A stretch of 64,000 nucleotides of DNA from a virus (taxonomy: Duplodnaviria > Caudoviricetes). The notes beneath the pieces were generated by a model, which had not been told where the DNA came from, made no database searches, and worked only from the letters and a program-made list of their open reading frames with translations. Below are positions 20,603-29,928 of this stretch, piece by piece. Location of the stretch: positions 128,001 through 192,000 of IMG/VR virus record IMGVR_UViG_3300010167_000010; one strand, 5' to 3'. Made by a program: the position numbers and the translations under genes. Each line of letters begins with the position of its first letter. Within the stretch, counting starts at the first letter, position 1.

Positions 20603-20920
20603 TTATTCATGACCAATTTGCTTATTTAATAAGAAACCTTCTAAATCTTGAGGAACAATTTTATAAATTATATCGCCTGGTCGTAAATCCATTAAATAAC
20701 GAATTCCATTGATGTTGAGCCAAATATCATCCATTTCATTCATTCCATATTGTTCATGCATACAAGCCCAAAATCTAGCTAAATCTCGTGATGTAATCTC
20801 ATATTCAGAAGGGATTTGAGAAATTGCTCCTGTATTGTAATTATGTAGTGGGTCTGGAAATAATTGACCATCTATATCTAAAACTACACTATCATCAAAA
20901 TAATCGTATCGTGATCTAAT
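20603..20920 (-). CDS. Baseplate wedge (gp53/LysM-like) protein with an ATT start, not in the ORF track
   Basis: 105-codon ORF IRSRYDYF...EQYGMNEMDDIWLNINGIRYLMDLRPGDII...; AAGGAGG 8 nt upstream of ATT, in-frame TAA immediately before, late promoter upstream. Confidence 0.65.
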   Translation of the reverse strand: MRSRYDYFDDSVVLDIDGQLFPDPLHNYNTGAISQIPSEYEITSRDLARFWACMHEQYGMNEMDDIWLNINGIRYLMDLRPGDIIYKIVPQDLEGFLLNKQIGHE

Positions 20921-20939
20921 TTAAGTATCCTCCTTTTTA

Positions 20940-20953
20940 ATTTAGTACTAAAT
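20940..20953. promoter_or_regulatory. Palindromic back-to-back late promoters
   Basis: ATTTAGTACTAAAT gives ACTAAAT on both strands between divergent genes. Confidence 0.65.
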
Positions 20954-21019
20954 AATAAGCAAAAAGGAAGCGCTAACTTCCTAATTGCTCTAACACAATG
21001 AACTGTAAGGAGTATCATC

Positions 21020-21628
21020 ATGTCTAATAATATAGTTGGAATTTATAAAGTTACAAATTTAATTAATCAGAAGTTTTATATAGGTATGTCTAAAAATATT
21101 TTTAAAAGATGGAAAGTACATAAAAATTTAAAAAGAAAACTTAAAACATATTTTGATTTTGCTTTATTAAAATATGGAACAGAAAATTTTAAATTTGAAA
21201 TTATTGAAGAATGTGAAAGTGAAAATATTAATGAAAAAGAAATTTATTGGATTGCAAAATTAAAACCAGAGTATAATCTTACAAAAGGTGGGACAGGTGG
21301 TGATACTTGGTCTTTATTATCTGAAGAGAATAAAAAATTAAAAATTGAAAAATTAAGAAAAAGTTGTAAAATAAGTCATAATACTGAATCTTATAAAGAA
21401 TATGCAAAAAAAGCCGTATTAGGTAATAAAAATCCAATGCATAAAAATAACTTTACTTTTACACCCGAATTGCTAGAAAAATGGAGGCTTTCTCATTTAG
21501 GTGAAAAAAATGGAATGTATGGAAAAAAACGATATACTAACGGAAAAGAAAATATAGTAGGAATAGAATGCCCTCGAGGATTCAGGCCAGGCATAACCCA
21601 TTCCATTATTAATAAATCCAAACTCTAA
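21020..21628 (+). mobile_element. Free-standing GIY-YIG homing endonuclease
   Basis: GIYKVTN...FYIGMS...RW..H, E..WI, YNLTKGG, NUMOD3-like GNKNPM and GEKNGMYG; leader hairpin at 20958-20989. Confidence 0.9.
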
Positions 21629-21728
21629 ACTCTGATCTCTGATTTTGTTTCCTTTTTAAATTTATCTTTAAAAACGAAAGAGATTTCGAGATCAAAATGA
21701 TATTATACATAAAAGTTAATATAATTAT

Positions 21729-21983
21729 ATGAGAGATGAATTAAGATTAAAGTTAAAAGGATTACTTCCAGAAAAATTTATAATAGACTCTGCCATTGAC
21801 TATCCTGAAGATGGTGCTTGCAAAGTTAGGGGTAAAATAGGTCAATGGGCAGTTCTTATCGAATGGCATTACTTAGAAAATGAGGAAATGTGTTGGCTTG
21901 AAACAGTTGGTTTAGATTCTCAAGGAAATAAAGGCGAATGTTTAGTAGATAATTTATATAGAGTTCTAAGTGGATTAAGTTAA
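21729..21983 (+). CDS. Hypothetical protein
   Basis: ATG 5 nt after the class M motif. Confidence 0.6.
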   Translation: MRDELRLKLKGLLPEKFIIDSAIDYPEDGACKVRGKIGQWAVLIEWHYLENEEMCWLETVGLDSQGNKGECLVDNLYRVLSGLS

Positions 21984-22013
21984 TATATTTATAAAATTAT
22001 ATTGGAGGAATAG

Positions 22014-23192
22014 GTGATAAGTTTTACAATTAAAACAGATCAATTAAGTAGAATTAAAATTTTACAAGACTACATTAAAAAAATGGAAACATTTTCTTCT
22101 TTAGATAAAAAGCAAGTTTTTGTATTAGAGAATGATAAACTTACTATTTTTGGAAAAGCAGATAGTGCCGGAGCTGGTCATATTGAAGCAACATTTGATA
22201 TTTCTAATTTAAATAAAAGTGAATCTTTTGGTTTTGAACTAGATAAGTTTATAAATTATTTAGAAAAATGTAAATCTGATGAAATAAATATCAGTATTGC
22301 AAATAATAAAATTACATTTAAAACCAAAACAAATAAATTGATAATAAATGAAGCTTTAGTATTTACAGCATTAGATCCACAAGTTTTAACTGAATTAAAA
22401 GATAATATTAAAAATAAATTGGCTCTCCCAGAATTCAAGAAACCAATTGAAATTAAATTAGATCATAGAGATTTAATTACTGAATTAGGCACTATGACCA
22501 AGCTTCAAGATACAAATCATCAAATACTTTTAGGTAAAGATTTTATTAAATCAGCTGATACTTTATGTATATTAAGTTTAAAATCTTCTTTAACTATTGT
22601 GCAAACAGATGAAGAAGTATTTATAGATAGAGATATAACTTCTATATTTAAGAATACAGATTCTTTTAAAATATCTTCTGATAAAAAATATTTTTATTTT
22701 GATATTCAGAATTATGGTATTAAATTGATATTTGTACCAAAAACATTTAATTGGTCATTTCCAACAGATCAAGATATTATTGATATTAGTCCAGAAGCTA
22801 AAAAGCTAATAACTTTAAAAATAAATACAGAAAGATTTTATGAAGAACTTTCTAAGTTTGAAGGGGTTTTTGAAACTGGAACTTGGAGATATGGTCAAAT
22901 AAAAATTAGAACACCTAAAGGTTTTAAAGATGAATTAGAATTATCTTTTGATAATAGTATAACAGAAGTATTTACTACGTTACCAATTACTATAACATCT
23001 AATACAGATAAAACAGATAATTTTGAATTTATGATCCCAACTATTCATTTTAAATCATTAAAATCTATTTTATCTAGTGAAGATACTTTTACATTTAAGT
23101 ATTCATCTTCAAAATTAAGTGACCCAAATGGTGTTGCAATAATTATAGAAAATACTAATGCTAATATTATTTTAGCCAAAATGGAGGAATAA
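22014..23192 (+). CDS. Sliding clamp, DNA Pol III beta-like
   Basis: 392 aa with repeating beta-alpha-beta units; 'FGFELDKFINYLEKCKSDEINISIANNKITFKT' resembles beta-clamp domain I; lies in the replication block; strong SD GGAGG. Confidence 0.5.
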   Translation: MISFTIKTDQLSRIKILQDYIKKMETFSSLDKKQVFVLENDKLTIFGKADSAGAGHIEATFDISNLNKSESFGFELDKFINYLEKCKSDEINISIANNKITFKTKTNKLIINEALVFTALDPQVLTELKDNIKNKLALPEFKKPIEIKLDHRDLITELGTMTKLQDTNHQILLGKDFIKSADTLCILSLKSSLTIVQTDEEVFIDRDITSIFKNTDSFKISSDKKYFYFDIQNYGIKLIFVPKTFNWSFPTDQDIIDISPEAKKLITLKINTERFYEELSKFEGVFETGTWRYGQIKIRTPKGFKDELELSFDNSITEVFTTLPITITSNTDKTDNFEFMIPTIHFKSLKSILSSEDTFTFKYSSSKLSDPNGVAIIIENTNANIILAKMEE

Positions 23193-23193
23193 C

Positions 23194-23568
23194 TTGAAAA
23201 TTAGAAATGGTTTCGTTAGTAACAGTTCATCAAGTTCATTTATTATAATTGGATTAAGAGTACAAGATATTGAAGAATCTTTAATTAAATATGCTAAAGA
23301 GTTTTGTTCTGCCGCATTTTATAATGAAAAATTAAGTATGTTTGAATTAGCTGAACACCTTGGTGTAGATTATGATTGCGACGGTGATGATAATGATGGT
23401 GTTATTGGTAGAACAATTGCATATGTAGATTATGAAGATTGTTGTATAGAAAGAGAAATGATATCTGTAAAAAATATTGTTGAAGAACCAAAATTAAAAA
23501 CTTTATTTGATATTACTGGTAAAACTAAAGATGATTTAGTAATATTATCTGGTAATGGTGAAGCATGA
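23194..23568 (+). CDS. MKIRxGFVSNSSSSSF-family phage protein
   Basis: N-terminal motif. Confidence 0.75.
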   Translation: MKIRNGFVSNSSSSSFIIIGLRVQDIEESLIKYAKEFCSAAFYNEKLSMFELAEHLGVDYDCDGDDNDGVIGRTIAYVDYEDCCIEREMISVKNIVEEPKLKTLFDITGKTKDDLVILSGNGEA

Positions 23569-23727
23569 ACAAAAAATTAATTATAGAAAGATTAAAATCT
23601 TTAAAAGTAATAGCTGATAATTTTTTAGATGAACAAGATTTTGATGAATATACAGATAGGGAAATTTATACTCAAGTAATTGAAATATATGAAGATGGTA
23701 TAAACAATTTAATAGAGGATATTGATA

Positions 23728-24015
23728 ATGAAGATTAGAATTAGTTTTGTTAGTAATAGTTCTTCTGCATCTTTTATAATAGATAAAAGAACTATATCAC
23801 AAGATCAATTAATTTTAATATTAAATCATAAAGATAGTGGTTTAGAATATGCTAATACTGATGCTTGGGAATTAGAAGATGGATTAAATTATTTAAAAGG
23901 TTCTACAATTATAGATAATTTTGATATGCGAAGATTTCTAAAAAGTATTGGGATTAAAAAGGTTCACGAGTGGGAATCAGATAATGATGATTGGGAAGGA
24001 TGGGATTTAAAATGA
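23728..24015 (+). CDS. MKIRxxFVSNSSS-family phage protein
   Basis: MKIRISFVSNSSSASF; start moved to ATG 23728. Confidence 0.75.
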   Translation: MKIRISFVSNSSSASFIIDKRTISQDQLILILNHKDSGLEYANTDAWELEDGLNYLKGSTIIDNFDMRRFLKSIGIKKVHEWESDNDDWEGWDLK

Positions 24016-24416
24016 AAATAAGAAATGGGTTTGTAAGTAATAGTTCTAGCAGTTCTTTTGTTATTGCCTTTAACGGTGATAGAATAGGATTAGAGAAAAA
24101 AATAAAAGATGTATTTGGAATGAAGTTTAAACATCCAATAAAATTCCCAGATTTATCTGGATCTATAATAAATTGTATTAGTGAAGAATATTCTGATATA
24201 GATGGAATAAAAGAATTTATGGATTATTTTGACATGGAAGATGAAAAAGATGGTCCAGATGAACATGTACAAGCAATAAAGTATCTTAAAAAAGGTTGGA
24301 TAATTTGTACTGGAGAATTTTCAGATCAAGATGATCCAGAAGAAGCACTTTTATGTAATTCAGAAATAGAATATAAAGATAAAGATTTATATATCTCTTC
24401 TCCAGAAGGCTACTAA
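24012..24416 (+). CDS. MKIRxGFVSNSSSSSF-family phage protein
   Basis: Motif begins at ATG 24012, overlapping the previous stop (ATGA). Confidence 0.75.
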   Translation: MKIRNGFVSNSSSSSFVIAFNGDRIGLEKKIKDVFGMKFKHPIKFPDLSGSIINCISEEYSDIDGIKEFMDYFDMEDEKDGPDEHVQAIKYLKKGWIICTGEFSDQDDPEEALLCNSEIEYKDKDLYISSPEGY

Positions 24417-24429
24417 GTTAATATATAAA

Positions 24430-24596
24430 TATAACCGAGGTGAACGGTTATAAATTATATTCATCGGTTCCTTAAAAAGGAACGGCGGTAGGAATATCCA
24501 AAACTGCCGCCAACTTTTTCTTTTTGCTACAAAAGAAGTAAACCTAAAATGTAGCTTACCTCCAATCCGACTCTCCCTTCGGGGAGAGTATTTTTT
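24430..24596 (+). ncRNA. Putative structured small RNA
   Basis: Class M promoter, four to five hairpins and an intrinsic terminator, with no ORF. Confidence 0.55.
24570..24596 (+). terminator. Intrinsic terminator with a cUUCGg loop
   Basis: ACTCTCCC-TTCG-GGGAGAGT-ATTTTTT. Confidence 0.85.
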
Positions 24597-24617
24597 ACTA
24601 AATATTAAGAAGGATAT

Positions 24618-24983
24618 ATGAAAAAGATATTTTTAATTTTATTAGTTTTATTTATAAGTTCTACAATATATGCACAATCAGCAAATTATCAACAATTGGC
24701 ACAAGACGCTGCAAGAAACTTATCAAGAAATGAACAAGAGTATAATAGATTATTAGCATTATTAAATGAATCACAAAATAATTCTCGTTTTATAAGTTTT
24801 CAAACTAGATTAAATGGTTTACAAAGACAGATTGAAGCACAAGAAAAAATAGTTGAAGACTTAATAAATAGACCAGCTGTTATAGTAAATATAAGAAATG
24901 CATTAGATGAGTTAGTTAGACTTAATGACAGATATAAATCAGTAGAAGCCCAATATCGTGAATGGCTTAATTCTTTAAGATGA
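24618..24983 (+). CDS. Secreted coiled-coil protein
   Basis: Signal peptide MKKIFLILLVLFISSTIYA-Q; late promoter upstream. Confidence 0.7.
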   Translation: MKKIFLILLVLFISSTIYAQSANYQQLAQDAARNLSRNEQEYNRLLALLNESQNNSRFISFQTRLNGLQRQIEAQEKIVEDLINRPAVIVNIRNALDELVRLNDRYKSVEAQYREWLNSLR

Positions 24984-25198
24984 TAATAAAACAAATAGCA
25001 TATTCAGTAGCAAAATGTTTTGAGTGCAATTCATTTATAATTTATAAACCAGGTTCAGACGGTTTTCCAAATGTTTGCGAAAAATGCGGTGTTAGATATG
25101 ATGTACATTTAACTCAAGAACAAAGAATGCAAATGGAAAGAATGAAACAACATCCCGGACATCATACAACTATGAATGTTCATACAATTAAGTTTTAG
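24980..25198 (+). CDS. Zn-ribbon protein
   Basis: CFEC...CEKC. Confidence 0.6.
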   Translation: MIIKQIAYSVAKCFECNSFIIYKPGSDGFPNVCEKCGVRYDVHLTQEQRMQMERMKQHPGHHTTMNVHTIKF

Positions 25199-25211
25199 TT
25201 AATTTAAATAA

Positions 25212-25391
25212 ATGAGTAAAAAAGCAAAAATTATATTAAAAATAATATCATTTTTATTATTTATTTTTATTGGTTCATTTATTAGTGTTCATATTCCAAC
25301 AACTGATGTTGGAATAATAGCATTAGCTTTAATAGGAACACATTTACTAACAGATCATCTTGGAGATCATAATGAAAATAATAAGTCATAG
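25212..25391 (+). CDS. Small membrane protein, not in the ORF track
   Basis: MSKKAKIILKIISFLLFIFIG...; ATG 5 nt after the class M motif. Confidence 0.5.
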   Translation: MSKKAKIILKIISFLLFIFIGSFISVHIPTTDVGIIALALIGTHLLTDHLGDHNENNKS

Positions 25392-25998
25392 TGCAGAAAT
25401 AATTTATCCAGAAACAGAAGAAGATTGGTTACGGGAAGCAAAATTTATAGAATTAGCAGCCCGTAATTGTTATAAATCTGAAGATAAAATAACAAAAGAT
25501 AGTTGGCGATCTATGGTTAAAATGCTCAAAGAAAAAGAGCATGGAGCAATGATAGAATTTGGAAATATAATTGTTAGAATTATAACTGATATTAGATCTA
25601 AACGAGATATAACACGACATCGCTTATGTAGTTTTGCAGTTGAATCAACTCGTTATTGTAATTATAGTAAAGAAAAATTTGGTAAAGAAATTACAGTAGT
25701 ACAACCAACTGAAATATGGAATAAAGAATCAGTTCAATACGAAACTTGGAAACAAGCATGTGAAAAAGCCGAATGGTTTTATTTTACAATATTAGCTGAA
25801 GGAGCTAAAGCAGAAAATGCGGCTACTACACTTCCATTAGCAACTAAATCTGACATTGTTATGAAATGTAATTGGAGAGAAATGCTTCATATATTTAAGT
25901 TAAGAGGAAAATATTCTAAAGCACATCCAGATGTTAAATTTAATTTTGAAAAATTACAAGAAAAATGTATAGAAAAAATGCCGGAGGTTTTTACATGA
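25372..25998 (+). CDS. thyX: FAD-dependent thymidylate synthase
   Basis: AARNCYKS, EHGAMIEF, RHR..SFAVESTRY, NWRE..H...LR, AHPD; start probably ATG 25372. Confidence 0.92.
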   Translation: MKIISHSAEIIYPETEEDWLREAKFIELAARNCYKSEDKITKDSWRSMVKMLKEKEHGAMIEFGNIIVRIITDIRSKRDITRHRLCSFAVESTRYCNYSKEKFGKEITVVQPTEIWNKESVQYETWKQACEKAEWFYFTILAEGAKAENAATTLPLATKSDIVMKCNWREMLHIFKLRGKYSKAHPDVKFNFEKLQEKCIEKMPEVFT

Positions 25999-26238
25999 AA
26001 GAAAGATGTGGTTATCATAATAAAAATGATACTTGTAATTGTACTCTTCTTTGTAAAGAGATAAAATGTATAGCAATTAAATCTAATCATTTAAATGTAG
26101 AAGATAAAGCTCTTAATATGATAGAAAATGGATTCGAATATTTAAAAGAAATAAAACAAGAAAGAAAAAGGTTAATTTAACTAAATAAATAGAGTCGCTG
26201 TAAAAAGGACTTACAATTCAAATAGGAGGAATTGCGTT

Positions 26239-26982
26239 ATGAATTCTAAAACTACAAAAGAAAAATTTAGAGATCTCATTAGTACTTATGAAGTACACAA
26301 AGCGAATTATTGTCATATTAGTCCATATAATAGTGGAACACTTACTGATAATATAATAAATATTGATAATACTTATGTTGGAGATAAGTTCGATTATCAA
26401 CCTACACCACACGATAATCCATTTCACAGGGGTTGGGGAGGTCACAATCCTAATATAACTCCAGTGCCTTATATTCCTGATAATAAACCATATAGAGTTT
26501 GGACTACAGATGGTAAAAATAATTCTTGGCAAAATTTTGATATGGAAGAATATGAAAAAATTTTAAGTGATTTAAATAAAAATGCACCCAATAAAGTAGA
26601 CAAAGATTTAATAAATACTAAACTACCTTATAATGTTAAAGTTGATAATTATAAAAATTTAATTTATGAAATTGCCGTAGCAGGTTTTACTACTAAACAG
26701 ATTAGATTATCTCTTAAAAAAGATGGTTTTTTATTAAGACTTTTACCAAAGAATGATGATGATGATTTAATTGGTGATGAATTTAAATATCTTTGTCAAG
26801 GATTAAAAGAAACGGAGCAAAATATAGACATATTTATAGATTGGGATGAATATGATAATAAAAGTTATAATTGTAAACTTAATTATGGAGTTTTAAGTAT
26901 TAAAGTAAATAAAAGAGAAGAACTTCTTAATAAAATAAATATTGAAGACAATACTGAAGAAGAAAATATCTTATTAGATTAA
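26239..26982 (+). CDS. Small heat-shock (Hsp20/alpha-crystallin) protein with an N-terminal extension
   Basis: PYNV...YEIAVAGF...I...NYGVLSIKV. Confidence 0.75.
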   Translation: MNSKTTKEKFRDLISTYEVHKANYCHISPYNSGTLTDNIINIDNTYVGDKFDYQPTPHDNPFHRGWGGHNPNITPVPYIPDNKPYRVWTTDGKNNSWQNFDMEEYEKILSDLNKNAPNKVDKDLINTKLPYNVKVDNYKNLIYEIAVAGFTTKQIRLSLKKDGFLLRLLPKNDDDDLIGDEFKYLCQGLKETEQNIDIFIDWDEYDNKSYNCKLNYGVLSIKVNKREELLNKINIEDNTEEENILLD

Positions 26983-26997
26983 AGTTAATTTATAATT

Positions 26998-29085
26998 ATG
27001 TTTCAATTTGGAAAAATAAAAACGACTGAAAAACCTAAACAAAATCTCGAAAAATTTGATTGTTTATTAAAAGAAAATTATCAACCAGGAGAAAAATATT
27101 TCTTATTTCTGGTTGATGATATTTTACATAAAGCTTATCTTGATCTTTTAATAAAAGATATAGAAAAATCTGGAATTAAATCGTATAATATTGTATCAGC
27201 AATTTCTATTAAAACTCCAAAAGAAGAATCTACAGAATATTTATTATCTGTAGAAAGTGATTGGAGACGGTATATAGAATTTAATTCTAAGTGTGATGCA
27301 ATAATTGCATTTGGTTCAGTAGTTCGTATATTAAATAAATCTGCAGATGTAACTTATTATGATTTTATTGAAGATAAATTTAATAAACCTCGTTATTTTT
27401 GTGGTTCAGAATTTGTAAATGGACCAGATTGTTGGATTTATCCAGTGGCAAGTGTCAAAGATTTATTTCCACTTCATCACGGCCAAAATGATCCAACAAA
27501 TTTTTTAACTCGTATTTTTAGAGAAAGATTAAAAAGAATACAAAAAGATGATTTATCTTTTAAAGATTTAGATTTAAGAGATTATAATATAATTTATGTA
27601 GATAATAAAGAAGATACTTCAAAATATTTAAGAGAATTAGTAAATGCAGATTTATTAGCTTATGATTCTGAAACAGATGGATTAGATTTTAATAAAAATA
27701 TAATTGGAACAGCTCAGTTATCGACTGATGGTATAAACGGTTATATATTTGAATGGCAAAATATAGATAGAAGATTACTTAAACAAGTTTTAATTACAGC
27801 AAAAAGAATAACAGGATCTAATTTAAAGTTTGACTGGAAATTTATGTGGAAGCATGGAATATCTCGTGATATAAATTTTACAGATGATATAACTTTATTA
27901 TCACATGCAATAAATAGTAATCGTTCTAAAGGTTTAAAACCTGGTGCAATATTTTATGTTGGAAAATTTGTAGGTTATGATTTAGAATTAGATAGAATAA
28001 GAAAAAGATTAAAAGTAGAAAACTTTTTACAAATACCAAAAGATATTTTAATTAAATATGCAGGATTAGATCCAATAGTTGCTTGGCGACTCCAAGTAGC
28101 ATTAGATAAACATGTTAAATGGATAGATAAAAATATTCCTAATGAAAAAGATTCTTCTTGGACAATAGAACGTTGGTATAAAGAAGTAATGATTCCAAAT
28201 GCTATTTGTGTAACTAATACCGAATTTGATGGAATTTATTTTAAGCCTGAGATATTTGATGAGTCAGAAAAAATTATTAAAGATAAAATAGCAGAATTAA
28301 AAGCTGAATTAGTTAAAGAGTGGAATGTACCTGAAACTTTTAAATTTGAATCTACTAAAGAATTAGGTTTATTATTTAAACATATGGGTTGGCCACTCAT
28401 TTCTGAATCTAAAGCTGGTGGTTATGCAACGTCAGATGCTGTATTAAATGAATACGAACTATTAAAATTACCTGGAATAAAACAATTAAAAGATTTACGA
28501 TCATATAATGTTGCGCTTAAAACATTTATTGAAGGTTGGAAAAAATGGATTATTAAACATCCAGATGGGACTTATAGAATACATCCATCTTGTAATACAT
28601 TTGGAACTGAATCTATGCGACATGCAATGAGAGACCCAAATTTTCAACAAATACCATCTGGTTCAGTAATGGCGAAACTTATTAAGAAATTGTTTGTAAC
28701 ACCACCAAATATTAAAGATGATTTAATTGGTGAGTCTAGTAAATCTGAATGGCTTATGGTAACTGGCGACTTTGCATCATTACAGTTTAGATTAGCATTA
28801 GCTGATAATGGTTTAAGTAAAGGTGGTGTAGATAAAATTGCATATGAAATTTATGATTCAGATACTGGTCATAAAGACGCTCACAGTGCTACAACATTAG
28901 GAACGTTTTGTAAACCAATTCATTTTCAAATTATAGAAATTGAAGATGAAGAAGGTAATAAAATAATTTTTGGTGAAGAGCAAAAAATAAAAATTAAAAG
29001 ATTGGGTTTAATTGACGATAACGAAGAAATTATTATTAAAGGAAAAGAATTTCAAGCAGATGATATATTTTTGGAGCATGTATGA
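26998..29085 (+). CDS. Family A DNA polymerase, N-terminal part (UDG-like, 3'-5' exonuclease, polymerase through motif A)
   Basis: AYDSETDGL (ExoI), NLKFD (ExoII), YAGLD (ExoIII), RIHP..N..GT...R....PNFQQIP, GDFASLQFR (motif A), DAHSATT; motifs B and C absent. Confidence 0.9.
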   Translation: MFQFGKIKTTEKPKQNLEKFDCLLKENYQPGEKYFLFLVDDILHKAYLDLLIKDIEKSGIKSYNIVSAISIKTPKEESTEYLLSVESDWRRYIEFNSKCDAIIAFGSVVRILNKSADVTYYDFIEDKFNKPRYFCGSEFVNGPDCWIYPVASVKDLFPLHHGQNDPTNFLTRIFRERLKRIQKDDLSFKDLDLRDYNIIYVDNKEDTSKYLRELVNADLLAYDSETDGLDFNKNIIGTAQLSTDGINGYIFEWQNIDRRLLKQVLITAKRITGSNLKFDWKFMWKHGISRDINFTDDITLLSHAINSNRSKGLKPGAIFYVGKFVGYDLELDRIRKRLKVENFLQIPKDILIKYAGLDPIVAWRLQVALDKHVKWIDKNIPNEKDSSWTIERWYKEVMIPNAICVTNTEFDGIYFKPEIFDESEKIIKDKIAELKAELVKEWNVPETFKFESTKELGLLFKHMGWPLISESKAGGYATSDAVLNEYELLKLPGIKQLKDLRSYNVALKTFIEGWKKWIIKHPDGTYRIHPSCNTFGTESMRHAMRDPNFQQIPSGSVMAKLIKKLFVTPPNIKDDLIGESSKSEWLMVTGDFASLQFRLALADNGLSKGGVDKIAYEIYDSDTGHKDAHSATTLGTFCKPIHFQIIEIEDEEGNKIIFGEEQKIKIKRLGLIDDNEEIIIKGKEFQADDIFLEHV

Positions 29086-29924
29086 AAATAATTAGATCTA
29101 AAATTATAGGTTTTTGTCCTGGAGTGTCTAATGCAATAAATAATTGTTTTCCTAATTCTATATGTTTAGGAGAAGTAATTCATAATAAAGCAGTTATAGA
29201 TAGATTAAAAGATTCTATAACCTTTATAGAAGAAAATAAAATTGAAGATTTTATAAAAAATGAAAATTATAAAAATAAAGAAATAATAGTAAGAGCTCAT
29301 GGTATATCTCCTAAATTAGAAGAAATATTAAAAAGTAGGGGTGCTCTTATTAGAGATAATACTTGTCAAAATATTAAAAAGGTTCAAAATATAATTTTAC
29401 AAAATAAAAGTAAATATAAAATAATTTTAATTGGAGATAGAAAACACCCAGAAATAAAAGGATTAAGAGAATATGATGATAATTGTTTAGTAGTAAATTT
29501 TGTAATGGAAATTGAAAATACTATAAAAAATATAATAAAAAGTTGTCCAGAAGATCGTCTTATGATTATAGGACAAACTACTTTTAAGAAAAGTTTATAT
29601 GATTATTTTTGTAGTTTATTTATTAAATACAAAGGAAATAAAAAAATTAAAATTATAGATTCTTTATGTTCAGAAACAGTTAAAAGACAAAAAGCTCTTA
29701 AAAAATTAGAAAAGAAAGTAGATGCTATTTTAATAATTGGTGGGCATAATTCGGCCAATACTAATCAATTAAGAAGTTTATGCTCTAAAACTTCGTGGGT
29801 TATAGAAAATAAAAATCAAATTCCATCAATGATAAAACTTTATAATACAGTTGGATTAGCTTCCGGCGCCTCGACGCCAGAATGGCTTGTAGATGAGATA
29901 GAGAATACTTTAAAGTTAATATAA
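29082..29924 (+). CDS. ispH: 4-hydroxy-3-methylbut-2-enyl diphosphate reductase
   Basis: GFCPGV, IHN, RAHG, DNTC, HPEI, QTT, LC, GGHNSANT, GASTP; all three Fe-S Cys present. Confidence 0.95.
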   Translation: MKIIRSKIIGFCPGVSNAINNCFPNSICLGEVIHNKAVIDRLKDSITFIEENKIEDFIKNENYKNKEIIVRAHGISPKLEEILKSRGALIRDNTCQNIKKVQNIILQNKSKYKIILIGDRKHPEIKGLREYDDNCLVVNFVMEIENTIKNIIKSCPEDRLMIIGQTTFKKSLYDYFCSLFIKYKGNKKIKIIDSLCSETVKRQKALKKLEKKVDAILIIGGHNSANTNQLRSLCSKTSWVIENKNQIPSMIKLYNTVGLASGASTPEWLVDEIENTLKLI

Positions 29925-29928
29925 GAAT

